NCBI GenBank assembly: GCA_002633005.1
Contig: NMRA01000091.1
Location: 767,820 to 831,819 of the forward strand
Direction: 5' to 3'
Origin: Phoronis australis
Taxonomy: Eukaryota > Animalia > Phoronida
DNA: 64,000 nucleotides
In this document: positions 1-13,200 of the stretch, piece by piece
Layout: the number at the start of each line of letters is the position of its first letter
How positions within the stretch are numbered: position 1 is the first letter of the stretch
The notes under the pieces: model-generated
The model's input: only the letters and a program-made list of their open reading frames with translations
The model's database searches: none
Told to the model about the DNA's origin: nothing
Position numbers and translations under genes: made by a program

Positions 1-204
1 AATTTTTACTCAAAATCGTACTCGAAATATAGATGAGATACACTTCAGTTCGAGTACACTCGAAAACTGAGTACGTGCTCGAAATTTCGAGTACAGATTT
101 TTCGAGTATGACATTGAATACACCAAAGCTGAGTCTGTACTCGAGTTGAGTATGAAGTGTGAGTTTGAGCATGATTCGAGTCTGAGTACGGAGATTGGAG
201 ACCT
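1..204. repeat. Cluster of TACTCGA/TCGAGTA motifs in both orientations, probably the end of a non-autonomous DNA element
   Basis: Many short TACTCG/CGAGTA motifs ending in GGAGACCTG. The other end lies outside the window. Confidence 0.45.
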
Positions 205-817
205 GATTGCTAAAAAACTTACCAAATAATGTTGCATAGTCTCCGAATGGCTGCATCAGTAGTCATAGAGCACACACGGGGCTTCTGCATCCACACACTT
301 TTTGTCAGTTAGTTGACCCTGTTGACCGCAATTGTCCACAAATATAGTAACCTTAGGTCTTTTTGGGAATTTGTGGCCACCTGTCGAAGACTTGCACCAC
401 GGAAATTAGCAGTAATAAAGCTTAGCGCGACGACGTATTTTGATAAAAATTCCATCTTTTACCAGTTGTTTACATGCAGACAGCGACGCATGCGCAATTT
501 AATCACCACTAGTACAGCAGCGACACCGCGAGGAGAATTCTCCGAATAGCCCCATTGCACACGGTTCCTTCTCGGATAAACTTTCTAATGTGCATAAGTA
601 TACTCAGCCCACAAATAAAGTGTACTGCTCGTGTGACATATTGTGAAAACTGGGCATGGTGATCACAACTCGCGCTTATCGCTTTTATTATGAATTAAGC
701 TACGTCGGTTATGTTGTAAACATATGCGTTTTATGTTAAGTTTGTTTAAATACACCGGCAATTTAGCTGCACTAGCCTGCCATCTATTGCTTTTGAAAGA
801 TATCATGTTTTAATGAC

Positions 818-3375
818 CACCCCGGCCAACCCGCGATCGATAACGCCCGGAAGGCGATCGGGAACGAGACCTTGCACCAAAAATGTCAGACGACGATGAC
901 GTACCCGGTGAGTTTAAGTGTCATTTTCTGCTTAAATAGAGGCCACTTTTGATACGAATGCTACACACAGGAAAGCGTCAGAGTGTAACCTTTGTTTTGG
1001 ATCTGAAATAATACTTGGTTTTGCTTATTTTCTAAAATATAGAGCTCAGAAAGCAATGGCTTTCGGTAAAATGCTTTGCGCCTCGTAAAATCGACAATTT
1101 CTACTTATTATTAGCAATTCCAGGGTTCTTAAATAGAGACATGTGACGTTTATAGTTAAATCGTCCCTGGTGACACCTTTGTTAATAACAAAGTTATTAT
1201 TTGTGAAGCAATTCGAGATATTTACCAATACAAACAGGTCCTTGTGAGAGACGGCGATCGGGAACAAAGTCGTTAATTCTCTATGGCGATCGCGAACGCA
1301 AAAAAGCGATCGTGAACGCACATTTTTTCTCTGCATTGGCCTGACGCGACACAATTGCGTCACAGCACGAGGACACTTCTTTTTGTGGTGAATGTGGCAT
1401 GTCATGCAAACAGTATGCCTCTTTCTACAGACATAGCAAGCAGAACGTCATGAATGAAATCATTAAGTCAAGTGGTGAAGGTTGTTAAGTCACTATAATT
1501 TGTTCAGATTTACAGAGTTTATGGTTGGTAAATGTGTAATGTGATAGTATTTTGACGTTTTGTTTTGAACGTTTTTTTCTCTAGTTTCTTTCTATATTTG
1601 TGTTATTTCAACAGTATCGTTAACAGAACCAGCGCATTTTTCTAGTGTTTAGGTAGATTTAAATGACCACACTAAGTGTCATTGGGCAATACTTACATAC
1701 CGGCAATTGTTTTGACCAATTAGTATTTTAAAAGAAAATATCAATTATGTCTATGGTTATTGAAGAAATTGCTTTCATATTATTGTTGATTTTCTGTGAG
1801 AGACTGCTATACTATCAATCAGTCAGTAATTTGTAGGAAATGTTCAATGGATTTGTAATGTTGATTTCCCTAATGCAATATTTTATATATTTTTGTATGA
1901 CCAGTTTTGAGGTATGTGTGATAAAAGATTAATATTATAATAGAAATACTGTAATATTGTTGTTGATTTCCTGTGTAAATCACTACACTGTGTAATTGAA
2001 GTGACGTTCAAGACAACATGTTGACTACGTTTTGAGAAAATCACAATGTAGTACATGTATTATAACTGTCTCAATCTTTTTCAATATCACACTAAACTGG
2101 AGATTATGAACTGAAGATGCACGGTGAACTTAGGACTAAAACTATAAAACAGAAGAGTCAAACACAACATACATTCAAGCCACACGGGTGCAACAAGTCA
2201 ACCTGTTCATCTCCGCATCGATGTTGTCAGTAAAACATCAAGTAAAATCCCACCCGTTTTATCAGTACATCAGTTTACGAACTTTTAGCAATTTTTAGAT
2301 CCCAGACGTTCATGAGCGGGAATCTTTGACTCATCTCGTGAATGATGCTGCCGCACTCCTCTCTCTCCCCATGGGCAAGCTCATCATCATTCTTTGACTT
2401 CACTGGCTATTTGTTTTTTTTCCTTTTGCTGTCACAATTTTGCAAGAAGATTCGACACTCACTTTCATCTGCTGCAACAATTTGTTTACCACTGGCTGAC
2501 ACGATAAATGGAACAACTGCTTGGGTGAGTCTTCAGTTTAGAACCCCTTGTTCCTAGTGGTTTCGTCTAAAATTAGATGTCTGTATTTCAAAACCCTGAT
2601 AGGATGTACATTCACGTCGTGGTAACATGTTCGTTGAAGTTCGCCTCACAATAACAGTGATCTTGTTTCCTGAAATGAAAATCAATTCATTTGTTTCTAT
2701 AACTAAAATAGTATGCTTGATGTACATGTTGTGGTCACGGCGATTTACTGGTAATATTGCTATGCTATTGTTTAGTTTTGATACGAAAGTAACACAGTAA
2801 TGACGCAAAATGCGATTAATTCATTACATCACTCATTTTGTAACCTTTTCGCGTTTTATATGTAAAAAGTTCATTGTTGTTCGACACACCACGATGCGTT
2901 CCCGATTGCATAAACAAAGCATAAATTTCCGTTTGCGATCGCTTATCTTTGCGTTCTCGATCGCATCTTCAACAAAAAAAGTGTTGAAAACTCAGAGATC
3001 CTCATAAAACTACCAAAAACAAGCGTTGTGTTATATTTTCACGTGTCATTTCTTCATAACTTCATGGTCAATTTATTGATTTAGTGCCAAAAAAAGAACC
3101 GCAATTTTCCAAAATGACATACAAATCAACTTCGGCTCGTGCGATGCCTCGGTTAACATAACGTTTCTCCAATAATTAGAAGAGACACTAGCTTAAACAT
3201 CTACCTGCCCTTCACCTCAATGTGTTACGCCTTGAACTCATGTCTCTGTTTTGCTTTGGAAGTAAAAACAACGAAAATTCATTAGATTTAGTCACCTTTC
3301 CTGGCTTCGCTTCTCGCGCCACATTTCGTTCTCGATCGCCTTCCGGGTGTTCTTGATCGGGGATTGGCCGAGGTG
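818..3375. mobile_element. Non-autonomous DNA transposon with CAC...GTG termini and 5-bp TSD (Transib/RAG-like, CMC clade)
   Basis: TIRs 818-867 and 3326-3375 match at 43/50. Perfect TSD ATGAC at 813-817 and 3376-3380. Mirrored subterminal GCGATCGNGAAC motifs at ~1253-1320 and ~2895-2964. Confidence 0.85.
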
Positions 3376-4216
3376 ATGACTAACACTTGTTGATTGGTTT
3401 CATGAGTGATGATTTAGTTCCATGCAGTTGAGGAGTCGCTTATTGATTGAACACTTTTTATTATTCAAATTAAACTTGGATATCAAAACCTGCCGCACAA
3501 CATTTTGATACTTTTGGTTATCAATGAGTGGTTGAGAGGAACATGGCTCATTTCAGTTTGCGGTGTAAGATATTTGATTTAAAATAAAAGACAATACGTC
3601 AAATGTGGTTTGTGCGTAACCTACTTACACTATATTCTAAGATCACTCCGCCAGTGCTTTACAATGCAACAAATAGATGGCGCCACATGTTACAGGCGAG
3701 ACCACAATTAGCCACAAGTGCATGGGATGTCAGTGGTACATGTGACTGTATAGACACTGGACGTAAACAAATAAATATCACTGCTATGGAGAAGCAAAAT
3801 GGAATTAATCACAGACTCACATCCGGGGTATGGAACAGAACGAGCTCTGTTCATACAATATTTGTGTCGAATAATTCTTTGTCAGATTTTCAGTTATAAT
3901 TCTCTTGGAGATGTATCCGTGAAGGTCAAACTGAGTCGAGTCAGGAACATCAAAGACCAAGAACCATTTATCGTCGCATGTGGGTAACGACTACGGTTTT
4001 GTGCTCCCACCTGCATACCCTGAATCGGCCATGTTGGAAATAGACAGTAGGTATTGAAGATGATTATATGCAGGTCGTCATGAGTCGTCAACATCAATGC
4101 CCGTATAACCCTGATTTATTATCATTTGACAATACACTGCCATGCACCTATAGGGTAGTGTCTATTGTATTCATGTTTGAAAGCTGAGTAGCCGAGACAA
4201 GCCACTTGCTAAGACC

Positions 4217-7200
4217 ATGTCAGTCGTTACTGAAGAAGAACTGGCACTTTCGAAGAAGGAAAAGTTGGAACTCATAGATAAAGAGATTAAAGAACTATAC
4301 GAACAATGTCTGCAGTATAAATTTTCCCCAAGCGAAATTATTGAGTGTGCCAAGCCCGTATTGGAGCCGGTTTGGGAGTACGAGTCGAGACGACGCCTCA
4401 AGTGGTTCGCAATCTTCGCTGCCGTAGTCGCCGTGGTGGTTGCTCTGATGTCATACAAACCGACGTATGACTTTATCCACGCGTGCTTACGAATCTTCGT
4501 CATCACGGCAAGTTTTTGTTTACTAGGTTATTGACTATTGAGATGCTTACTTGGCGGTGCATGGGCTTTGTACCGGCTCAGTGTCCAGGGTTGTTGAGCA
4601 GATGTATGAAGACACGCTGTAGAGCGGTCAGTGCCCGTGGTCTACCTGAGAGTGCCCATTGTATTAATCGATAGCAAGAGCTATTCAATCAAAAAAGGCA
4701 CGGAACGCTAAAGTTCGTCAAAAATAACTTTTAAACATTTCGTCACGAAAGTACCTTCACGTAACGTGTACTGCAGAGGTATTCACTTTCCCAATGAGTC
4801 AAAATCAGAAAATTCACGATTTTTGAAATGCGAACGAAAGAATGACTCTGTAGCCACCACAGAGTTTCTAATCGCCCTCCCTCGTACTGAATAAATGCGC
4901 GCATGCATGCACTCACCGTCATTTGACAAAAAGCTGCAGGCCGCCGACCAGTACCTGTGCCGTTTGGGCGCACCTGATGATAAACAGCGTGCCTTCTTCA
5001 TAAAGTTGTTTCCAGCAGACTTAGAGTAATTAAAGTGGTAACATATGAAACAGAAACTCCAAGGGCAACCGAAATAAGAATAGAGTAATGTTTTATCCGA
5101 CTGGCTGTAACTTGACTAGAACGCTGCATTTTTGAGTGATAGCGTTTTAAAAGATGCTCCTTGGGTGCACAGCTACAGTGTACTTGCGCCTTTTTATTTT
5201 TTATGAACTAATGGCGCAAAGGCACAGTCCAGGAATATCCCTGCAGCTGACTGACAAGATGGATATTAACGGCGGATTGTCATATTTGATCGCACTCCTA
5301 ATCTGAGGACGGCAACACAATATGAGGCAAGCCAGTGAAGCAAGCAATTTTTCAAAAAAAAAATAACTGCAAGTGCGTTTTAATACTGCGATACATTTAT
5401 AACTAATTTAAAGAGTTAGGACTTACATCAATGATATCTTAATCGCATTGGCTGCTGCTTAAGTTCAGTTAGTTTTGTTTACATCAAAGGTCAAAGGTCA
5501 AATTTTTCATATAAGTGAAATGTGCTACGTCTATGTCTTAGCATACTAATACTGAATAAAGAGACGTGCTATGCCTTTTGGGAGAAAAATCGACGAAGTG
5601 ACGAGCAGTTGACAGATCGTTTTTTTTTTAAATTTGAAACTAAAAGAAAAATGCTTTGCCATCCACATAAATTCAAAATCTTAAGAAACAAACCATAAAA
5701 ATACCAGACGAGCAAATTGAATTATGTTTCAGTGCAGAGAACCACTCCAAAGAATGCAATTAAGTCTGTTTTTCACGTTCCGGGCCGCTTTATGATTCCT
5801 AGAAGGTTCGGTTTAGGTGGTCCTGTAACACCTCCCCCCCACCCCCCGCCTTAATTACCTACTCTCAAACGCAACCACCAAAAGATCGCCGCTCGGGCGT
5901 GGACTTAAGCAACGTTTTCCCTCCCATCGATTGAAAATTGTGGTTGGACACACACCCCTTACGTAACCAAATTTTCTCATGAAGCAAAAGGAGCCACTTC
6001 ATCTGGGTCTTGTACCCTTTGTTCTGTAAATTTATAGCCAAGACAGAAACCAATAGTGATCGACCGACTGGGTTGTATAACTGAATAACTGACACTAGCT
6101 GAAGATGACCTCACCTCATCTCAGCAGAAAACTCGGCACTGGATTTCAAAGCTATGTCATTCGGACCAGGGCTAATATACATGTAGCACTGATTTTAATA
6201 CCGTGGTACTCACTATTGGCCCAGGTCAAAATATGGGCAATGTGTAGCCAATCTACTGGTCCTGATCTCACAGTACAGTAGGCAAACCGTACGCTTACAG
6301 GATTTGCACGCAAGTGGACGAGAAATCGTGCACTCATACCCCTAGAGTATCCAGCGAAGTCCTCGGCATATCAAAGGCATGATGGGGCCGTCATTGATTG
6401 AAGTGAGCTAGTCGCTATTCATGTGCTTGGCTGAACGTGCTGGATGACAATTGCGGTTGTAAACCAATGTGCCTGCTTAGCGTATGAGTTTCAAAGTAAA
6501 AAAACGAACAATAAGTAAGGCAAACGACTGAACATGACTGCTAAAATTAAAAGTACATAGTAGCCGTCTTTGAATTTTTAAAATCGATGCATTGCAGGAG
6601 AAATTAGCGAATAGGTTTTCTTCAGCATCGCGGATAAACCACGAGCATTAATTTGTGAATCGCTAGAACGGTTTAGTCACAGTCTGGCTTAGGCTCGCTA
6701 AGACGTTGACATAACAAAATCCCAAATGTTAGTGCAGGAGTTGTCTCATGATGTAGGAATTCATTTCTTACAATATAGAAAAAAATTGGTATGTGCACAT
6801 CTCAGACCGGCTGGGTGCGGAAATTTTGAACCCGACATGAAATTCATGACTTTCACAGGTGGCATGCCATTAAGCAGTGTAATTACGAGATTTCGATCCC
6901 CAAACTTTACAGCACCGAGCAATTAAGCAGCATTCTTAAAAAAATCTAACAAATTTGACTTTTACCTAATACTTGTGAACTTGTCGTTTACATGTATTCA
7001 ATATACAGGAAAATGCACTAGTACGTAATAAACACCAATTTCAAACAGCGCAAAGTTATCATTCTTAGATTTCTATTGTGATCTTTTTATTTCAGGTCAT
7101 CCCATTGGATAAACTAAGCGAATATTATAAGACGGAATGCTTGATATCCAATCCTTACTACGATGCTTGGAAGTTTACCACGGACAGAGGCTGTCACGTA

Positions 7201-10200
7201 AGAAAAAAAGGCACTCATGTATAGCCGTCATTTTGTGCATTGTCATAATGTTATATAGTAGATATTACAGGGTCTATGTCTGTTAGTTGGCACTTGTCCT
7301 CGCTAGGTTAAGTAGGCCTATGTGTCGTAGAAAGGCTGGCTGAGCAGACGACCTGCTCAAAAAGCTTGTTACCAGTGGCGGATTTAAAGGGGGGCCAAGG
7401 GGGCCATGGCCCCCCTAAAATTCTCCAAGATTCCATTGGGCAGTTCGGGAGTGCCAATGTCTCACAAGCAAAGTCCTGGCTAATACTCTCCCCTGCCCCC
7501 CCCCCAACTCAAAATCCTGGATCCGCCCGTGGTTACCTCATTTGTGCGGCTGGCCTTGCTTGCGGCGATGACATTTCCACACAGTCTTGTGGTCGCGCAC
7601 CTTGCTTGAGCTGATCCCACGGCTGATTCCTTGGTATGCCAACACAAAAAAGCAAACTAACTACCAGTCTGATAATTTCATGAGCGGCCGCTGTATGGCA
7701 ACATGTTTTTGCCATCCGCCATCAATGCTACACCAATCTATGAAAATTAATTTTTCACCGCTCAAGTGCCCGTCACCTCAAGTAATTTATTATTACAGTT
7801 TAAAGCGAATAGCAATTCAAAATTGAACCATAGTAGAATAGGGATTGGCTTAATTTCAAAAAGCATTCTTTCCGCGCATTTCCGTTTTCATAAGACGCCT
7901 TGATTTTGATAAATCTTGGAATGCGACTACAAACATTCTTATCTCGCAGTATCATGACCTCCCCAGGCAAAGAGAGAGTTCTTTCGACACTTCGTTCCCA
8001 AACAATGGCCATGGCAAATGCCAGAATTTTCTGACTACTGACAGCCGCACGTGCGGGTAGCCCATGCACGTTAGCTTACAGCATTTGCTTCTGTCGGTTT
8101 TTTGGGAATGATCCATGGCACAAGACAAGAGTGGGGTTGCTAAGCAACTCCGTGATGCGTTGGTTCAGCCTCCCGTTCAGCAACATTATTAACTCGCTAA
8201 AAAGCAGAACTTCGCCAGATTACGTGAGATATTGCCGTGTATTTTAAATGAGATCACGTGACTTTGACTAGATTTTAGCTAGTCCTAGCGTAGGTCCTAG
8301 CGTTACTGAACGCATGCCAGGTTTTTTTTCAACTAAACAGTTTCCTAATCTTCGCCCGTGAAGTGTATTATACATTCACGCAGAGCAATATTCCAAGGAA
8401 ATTTATTAAATCTAATTCTTGAAAGCAAAATTTCGTTTTTGGCAGATTTGCAAGGAGATGAAAGAAATCAAGCGATTGTCAGGTGTCGATCCTGCTGAGT
8501 TCGCCGACCGCTACATGTTACGCAATCGACCCGTCATTATTACCGACGCTACTGCCGATTGGCCGAGCATGGAAAAATTCTCCATTGCCTTCTTAAACGA
8601 GGTTTGTAATGGTCACTTTCACTAGCATACATTATGGAGTATTAGAACTGCCATGGACTGTGATAGATGTTCACGTAAAATCTGTCGAAACCATGATGCA
8701 CACTGACCACAGTTAGACCGCTTGTTCCTAGCAGAAACCAACCGGTTCCAATTTCGCAATTTGTCATGAAATGTAACTTTACAAGGAGGGTCGGCTGGTC
8801 CAGAGAATGGATCTCTCAACAATGCAATTCACGCTTTCAATTCAGTGTTGAAGTTTGTCCATAACGGCAGCACCTTTCTCTTTGCGTATGCAAATACATG
8901 GACTGTTTGTAAGGAGTTCGAAATATTATTGATCCATGTAACGCATAGTCAACTAAAATTCATACTGAGACGAAATTGGAAAATAAAATATAATTAACTG
9001 TATTTTATCAGACCATCCTCCAAGCCAGTGTTTAATGTGAGTCCCTTCTTGATGCTGATCACACTGAAATATTTTAATCAGAAATAAACCCCTTGCGAAT
9101 GTTATTCTTTTACCGTCAGTGCTGAGACGACAGCCCTACGCATTTTCTCGCCCATTGACGCAATTAAAAATAAATCAAACAAATTGAGTAAAAACGAACT
9201 CCAGTAAACACTGTTTAACAATTAAAAGAAAAAAGACAACCAAATATTACCGCACCAATGAATCATGAGATCGGTTTGCTCGTCTCAGTACCACTGAATA
9301 TTCCCATGCAGATGGGTATTACGGAAAATAAGAAAAAATGATTCTGACAAAAATGGTCACTTGTCTCTATCACACCAAATTGACTTCCTTATTACTGCAA
9401 AAAATAAAATGTCTGCAAAGTCAATTATTTGAAAGTACAGCTAATGACAATGCAAGTGGTCCACCGTGATCTGCCACACTGGGCTCAGATCCTGCAAAAT
9501 GGTAAGAGATGTCAAATAAAGAAAAAATCCTCAATAAAGACGTAGAGCTGAACCCTTCGGGTATTTAGAGCTAACTCTAAATCATTGTGACGTAATCACA
9601 AAACAGGTAGGAATGCCAAAAGCAGGTTAACTAAAAAGAAACAACGTGCTCGTTGAAAAATAAAAAGTTCCATGGTGGCATAATCAAGCTGTGAATAAAC
9701 CAAAACATGCAGTGTACTGTCATCTGAACATTGCAGTTATACCATACAAGAGAAGAGGTGAATTCCACAGATCCTTGTAACATCATGAGTAACTACAGGT
9801 TGGAACCAGGTCAACACCGGAAGTTGTTGCAAAAAGCGGTTCAAGGCAAGGTGAAGGAATTCTACGCGTACTGGTGAGCTAGCCTACTACCTGGAAACAT
9901 TAGCGTTACATCGTAATTTTTAATATAGAAACTCAGTATAGCTTCTGGTATCACATTATTGCGAGAATCCTTGCGTTCATTTTTTAAAATGCCCGAGACC
10001 ACGATTCACGAACCAAGTAACCATATTATAAGATTCAAAGCGGACTAACCCCATTTAGACTCCAACTTTTGATTTAGACCACATGAAATTGGCCTCAACT
10101 TTTTCCATAGTTATATGAGGAAGGATTTCTTGACTATAAAAAAATGACAGTTGAGTAGTGCTTCTGATCAACCTCAGCACATAAAATTACGTGCCGTAAC

Positions 10201-13200
10201 AACTAGTCAATTTTCATGAAATACCTCAATACCCATTCTTCTCAAGTACAAGAAGAATCGTGTCTGAGATAAAAGTCACTAAGCTTACAGGACTCCCACA
10301 TTTGGAGAACCAGTTTTCTCCTTCGAATAACAGGCAGCGAACTGATTCTCAAAATCATGGATTCCTGAAAGTGATCATTGCACCCGTAATTCCAATAAGG
10401 AACACGTTAATGTCTCGTGTGGTAAGTAGGCCTACCCCAAATCAAAAGTTATAGTTGTTTTGTCGTCGGTTGCTGTTGTATTTGTCGCAATGAGCTATTT
10501 TAGCTGCGTTGCAAATGAATGCTGAAGATCAAAACGGGAATTAAATATTCCGAAAATGACGAAATGCAAAGAAATATTTCGAGTTCAATACAGCGCCATA
10601 CGTGTAGTGGTGTAATACACAAAGAGAAGACATTATTCAAATTTACGACAATGCTTTAGCTTCATAGTCGTATTTGGTAAAATCTGGTTTCGAATCCTGT
10701 TTTTTTGCTGATAGGTTTACAATATTGCACTAAGTTAGGTCTCTTTTTTGCATTTACCCGAATTGGACTTAAACTAGGTGCGCGAGTAGTAGTAGAGTAG
10801 ATGAGGCCGAAGCCCTCAGACAGCTTCGCGAGATCAGAGGATCTCGCCTTCGGGTGCGCGAGTGAGCCTGGAGTGACACTGGTATAATGTATCCGGAGAC
10901 CTCCGATAAAATTAATGTATTTACACTATTGAGGCTAAATAAAACATTTTAGGAAACCAAGTTAAAAAGGAGTTTTCTAGTATTTAACTGCCAAAAATGG
11001 AGAAGTAAGCCTCTTTAGCTCATAAAACTGCTCTGGTATGCAAACAAGAACATAAAAACCATCAAATTTTTTTAGGTTGACCAACCCTAAAATAGCGCGA
11101 AGCTGGCGCATCTGTCACTTTTCATTCGACAACAATGTACGCAATGCTTTTTAAAAATCCCAAAGCGCTTTAGATTTAGAATTCAATATTGACAAGTACA
11201 TTATAAACAGCGGCGACTTGCCCGAGCGAGAAAGGTGATTTTGTAAGGTCAGCCTCAGCGCGGAGTTGAACATACAACCTCCAATGTCGCTAACCATAGC
11301 GGAGCTAACTCCCACCCCATTATTGGCATGCGCGGGATATAACTGCTAAAGTCCCCGGCCTTATTTCGTCGAGCGTCTGTCAGATAATGACGAGGGAGGC
11401 GATCTGTAATAAATTCACGAAACACAAAGGTTTTTGTGGCTGTTGTCTAGAAGATTGTCTCATTCAACAATATCCTCAAAAGTGTTTTCCGGTCTTACGA
11501 CAACCCACGATGTCCTTTTAACTGGCAAATTTTCAATCCCCATCACAACTTCAACAGCTATAGTTAACATATTGCAGCACTGTGTTTGATCAGCTTCAAA
11601 CACTTTGTTCATTTAATAGCTCCCCATTTAGAATTTTTCACCCGTATTTTCAGATCGAGGCTTTTGCTGTGATTTATTAAATCAAACGTTTGCAAACATA
11701 TTCACTATTTGGAGCTCTCAGTTACTTAAAACAACTGACTCGCATTAAGTAGCATGCCTCGCAAAAGTTTAAGGCCCTCTTATTCGCGTACTGGCTGCTA
11801 GAATGCTTTGCATGAATATTTCGTTTTGTTTTGGTAACTACTGTACGTAGCTGATGACTGGAAAATGAATTGTCTACCCAGAAGTTCGTTGGTGTTCAAG
11901 GAGTACCACATATCCCATACATGGCTTTCTTGTCGTTTCAGGCACAACTTCAGTATAAAGACTACCAAGTTCTCCAGGCCATACACAGTCTTCTTGTCGT
12001 TTCAGGGACAACTGCAATATAAAGACTACCAAGTTCTACAGGCAGTTTTGTCCAAGGCCCTACTTTCTGCCACGGATGGTCGAAGCATCTGATCATACGT
12101 TTCTACTAGTCGCGAAGAATTTCACAGCGCAAAAGTACAAACTGGTAATTATTCATGGCCACCAACTGATTCAGTAAAAAAATTACCAGAAAAGCAGCTT
12201 CTGAGTGTTCCTATTTTGCCTTCAACTCTGGTGTATCCTCCCGGTCTAAAGTTTAACAAGGCACGACACTAAGACGACTCAGTCGTCTTAGTCCATTTGG
12301 AGTTAGACCATTCATTTTCTTTTGCATACTTTAATTGTTGTTTCAGTATATTCCCGGACATCAAGTGATTTGGATGGCCCAAATAAAAGGGGAAACGCCC
12401 ATTCGACTTACGCCTCCTGCAGAGTGTTCTGAGTGCGAATTTGCTGTGACAATTAAGGAAGGTGAAATCTGTAAGTGTTGGTTTGGACGGCTGAAGGGAT
12501 GTTCGGCTTGTTAAGAATACTTGTAAATGGCGGTGGCGTTGGTGGTGGTGGTAGTGGCGGTGGTGGTGGTGGTGGCGGTGGTGGTGGTGGTGGTCTTGGT
12601 CGTTGTCGAGGTCGTGACGCACATGTAATGTAAACTGGTAGCCATCATAGTGTAGGGTACTGGTGATGGTGTTAGTTGTGCATTATGGGTTGAGATAATT
12701 ATATTGAATTTCTTCAAGAGCGACAACAGCCTACATGTTGACAGCAGTAACTTGACCACGCACATATACTGTATTCGAAATCACACCACGTTTTCCTTGT
12801 ATAGTCAACGTAAGAAACTCTTTTATTTTTTTCCTTCGTGGAATATTCGCACCCTAAGTCCTCACCTATTTAGCGCACAATATGGCGGACAAGTGAATTC
12901 CAATTTGTCTAATTTCGTAACAAAAATGAAGATGAAGAAAATTTTAGTCAGTTGTAGTGCGGAGATGTCATAAATCGAGATCTGGTTAATTACAACAAGG
13001 AACTCGGCCTTTGCAAAATAGAAAAATAATAATTTTGGCGATTATTTGTGTGCGAAATAAATAACGAATAACATAAACACGCACTTGTTGTCCTTCCAAT
13101 TCCAGTGATTTTCACCACGGATATGTGGGATGCCTTCTACAAGCCTCAGGCTGTCACCGAGTCAATTATGTTTGGGGGAGGCGGATTCTTCGACATGTAG
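4217..13200 (+). CDS. C6orf89/BRAP-like single-pass membrane protein with degenerate JmjC/cupin-like C-terminus; 7 exons, 347 aa
   Basis: Exons 4217-4507, 7096-7197, 8446-8601, 9737-9873, 12006-12144, 12347-12470, 13106-13200 (1044 nt) join in phase with GC-AG (intron 1) and GT-AG introns. The protein has a TM segment (WFAIFAAVVAVVVALM) and the motifs CLISNP, FADRYMLRNRPVIITDATADW, WDNC..RPYFLP and WMAQIKG..PPAEC..C..GEI, which I recognise from the C6orf89 family. Confidence 0.82.
7373..7531. mobile_element. 159-bp MITE (CAGTGGCGGA...TCCGCCCGTG) with 5-bp TSD GTTAC
   Basis: Imperfect TIRs, GTTAC at 7368-7372 and 7532-7536, internal GGGGCCATGGCCCC palindrome. Confidence 0.75.
8166..8321 (-). 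mobile_element. Short MITE family copy (GTTCAGTAACGCTAGG-type ends)
   Basis: Homologous to the interrupted copy at ~26279-26925 and to 55727-55869; shared core CATTTAAAATACACGGCAATATCTCACGTAA. Confidence 0.7.
12529..12600. repeat. (GGT/GGC)n microsatellite in the last intron of the C6orf89-like gene
   Basis: Read directly. Confidence 0.9.

Noticed and set aside
2140-2330. RAG2-type PHD finger in the CAC element
   Set aside because: Cys/Trp/His residues (GSKNC, WLECMLC, QHRC) fall in different frames with stops; a C4HC3 pattern cannot be assembled convincingly.
5030-5748. TTAA-flanked TIR element
   Set aside because: Only a patchy inverted match and no right-hand TTAA.
10777-10863. Hammerhead ribozyme
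   Set aside because: A hairpin (GCGAGATC/GATCTCGC) and a direct repeat are present, but there is no CTGANGA...GAAA core.
12269-12765. Poly-His and poly-Thr ORFs on the minus strand
   Set aside because: Translations of an intronic (GGT)n microsatellite.
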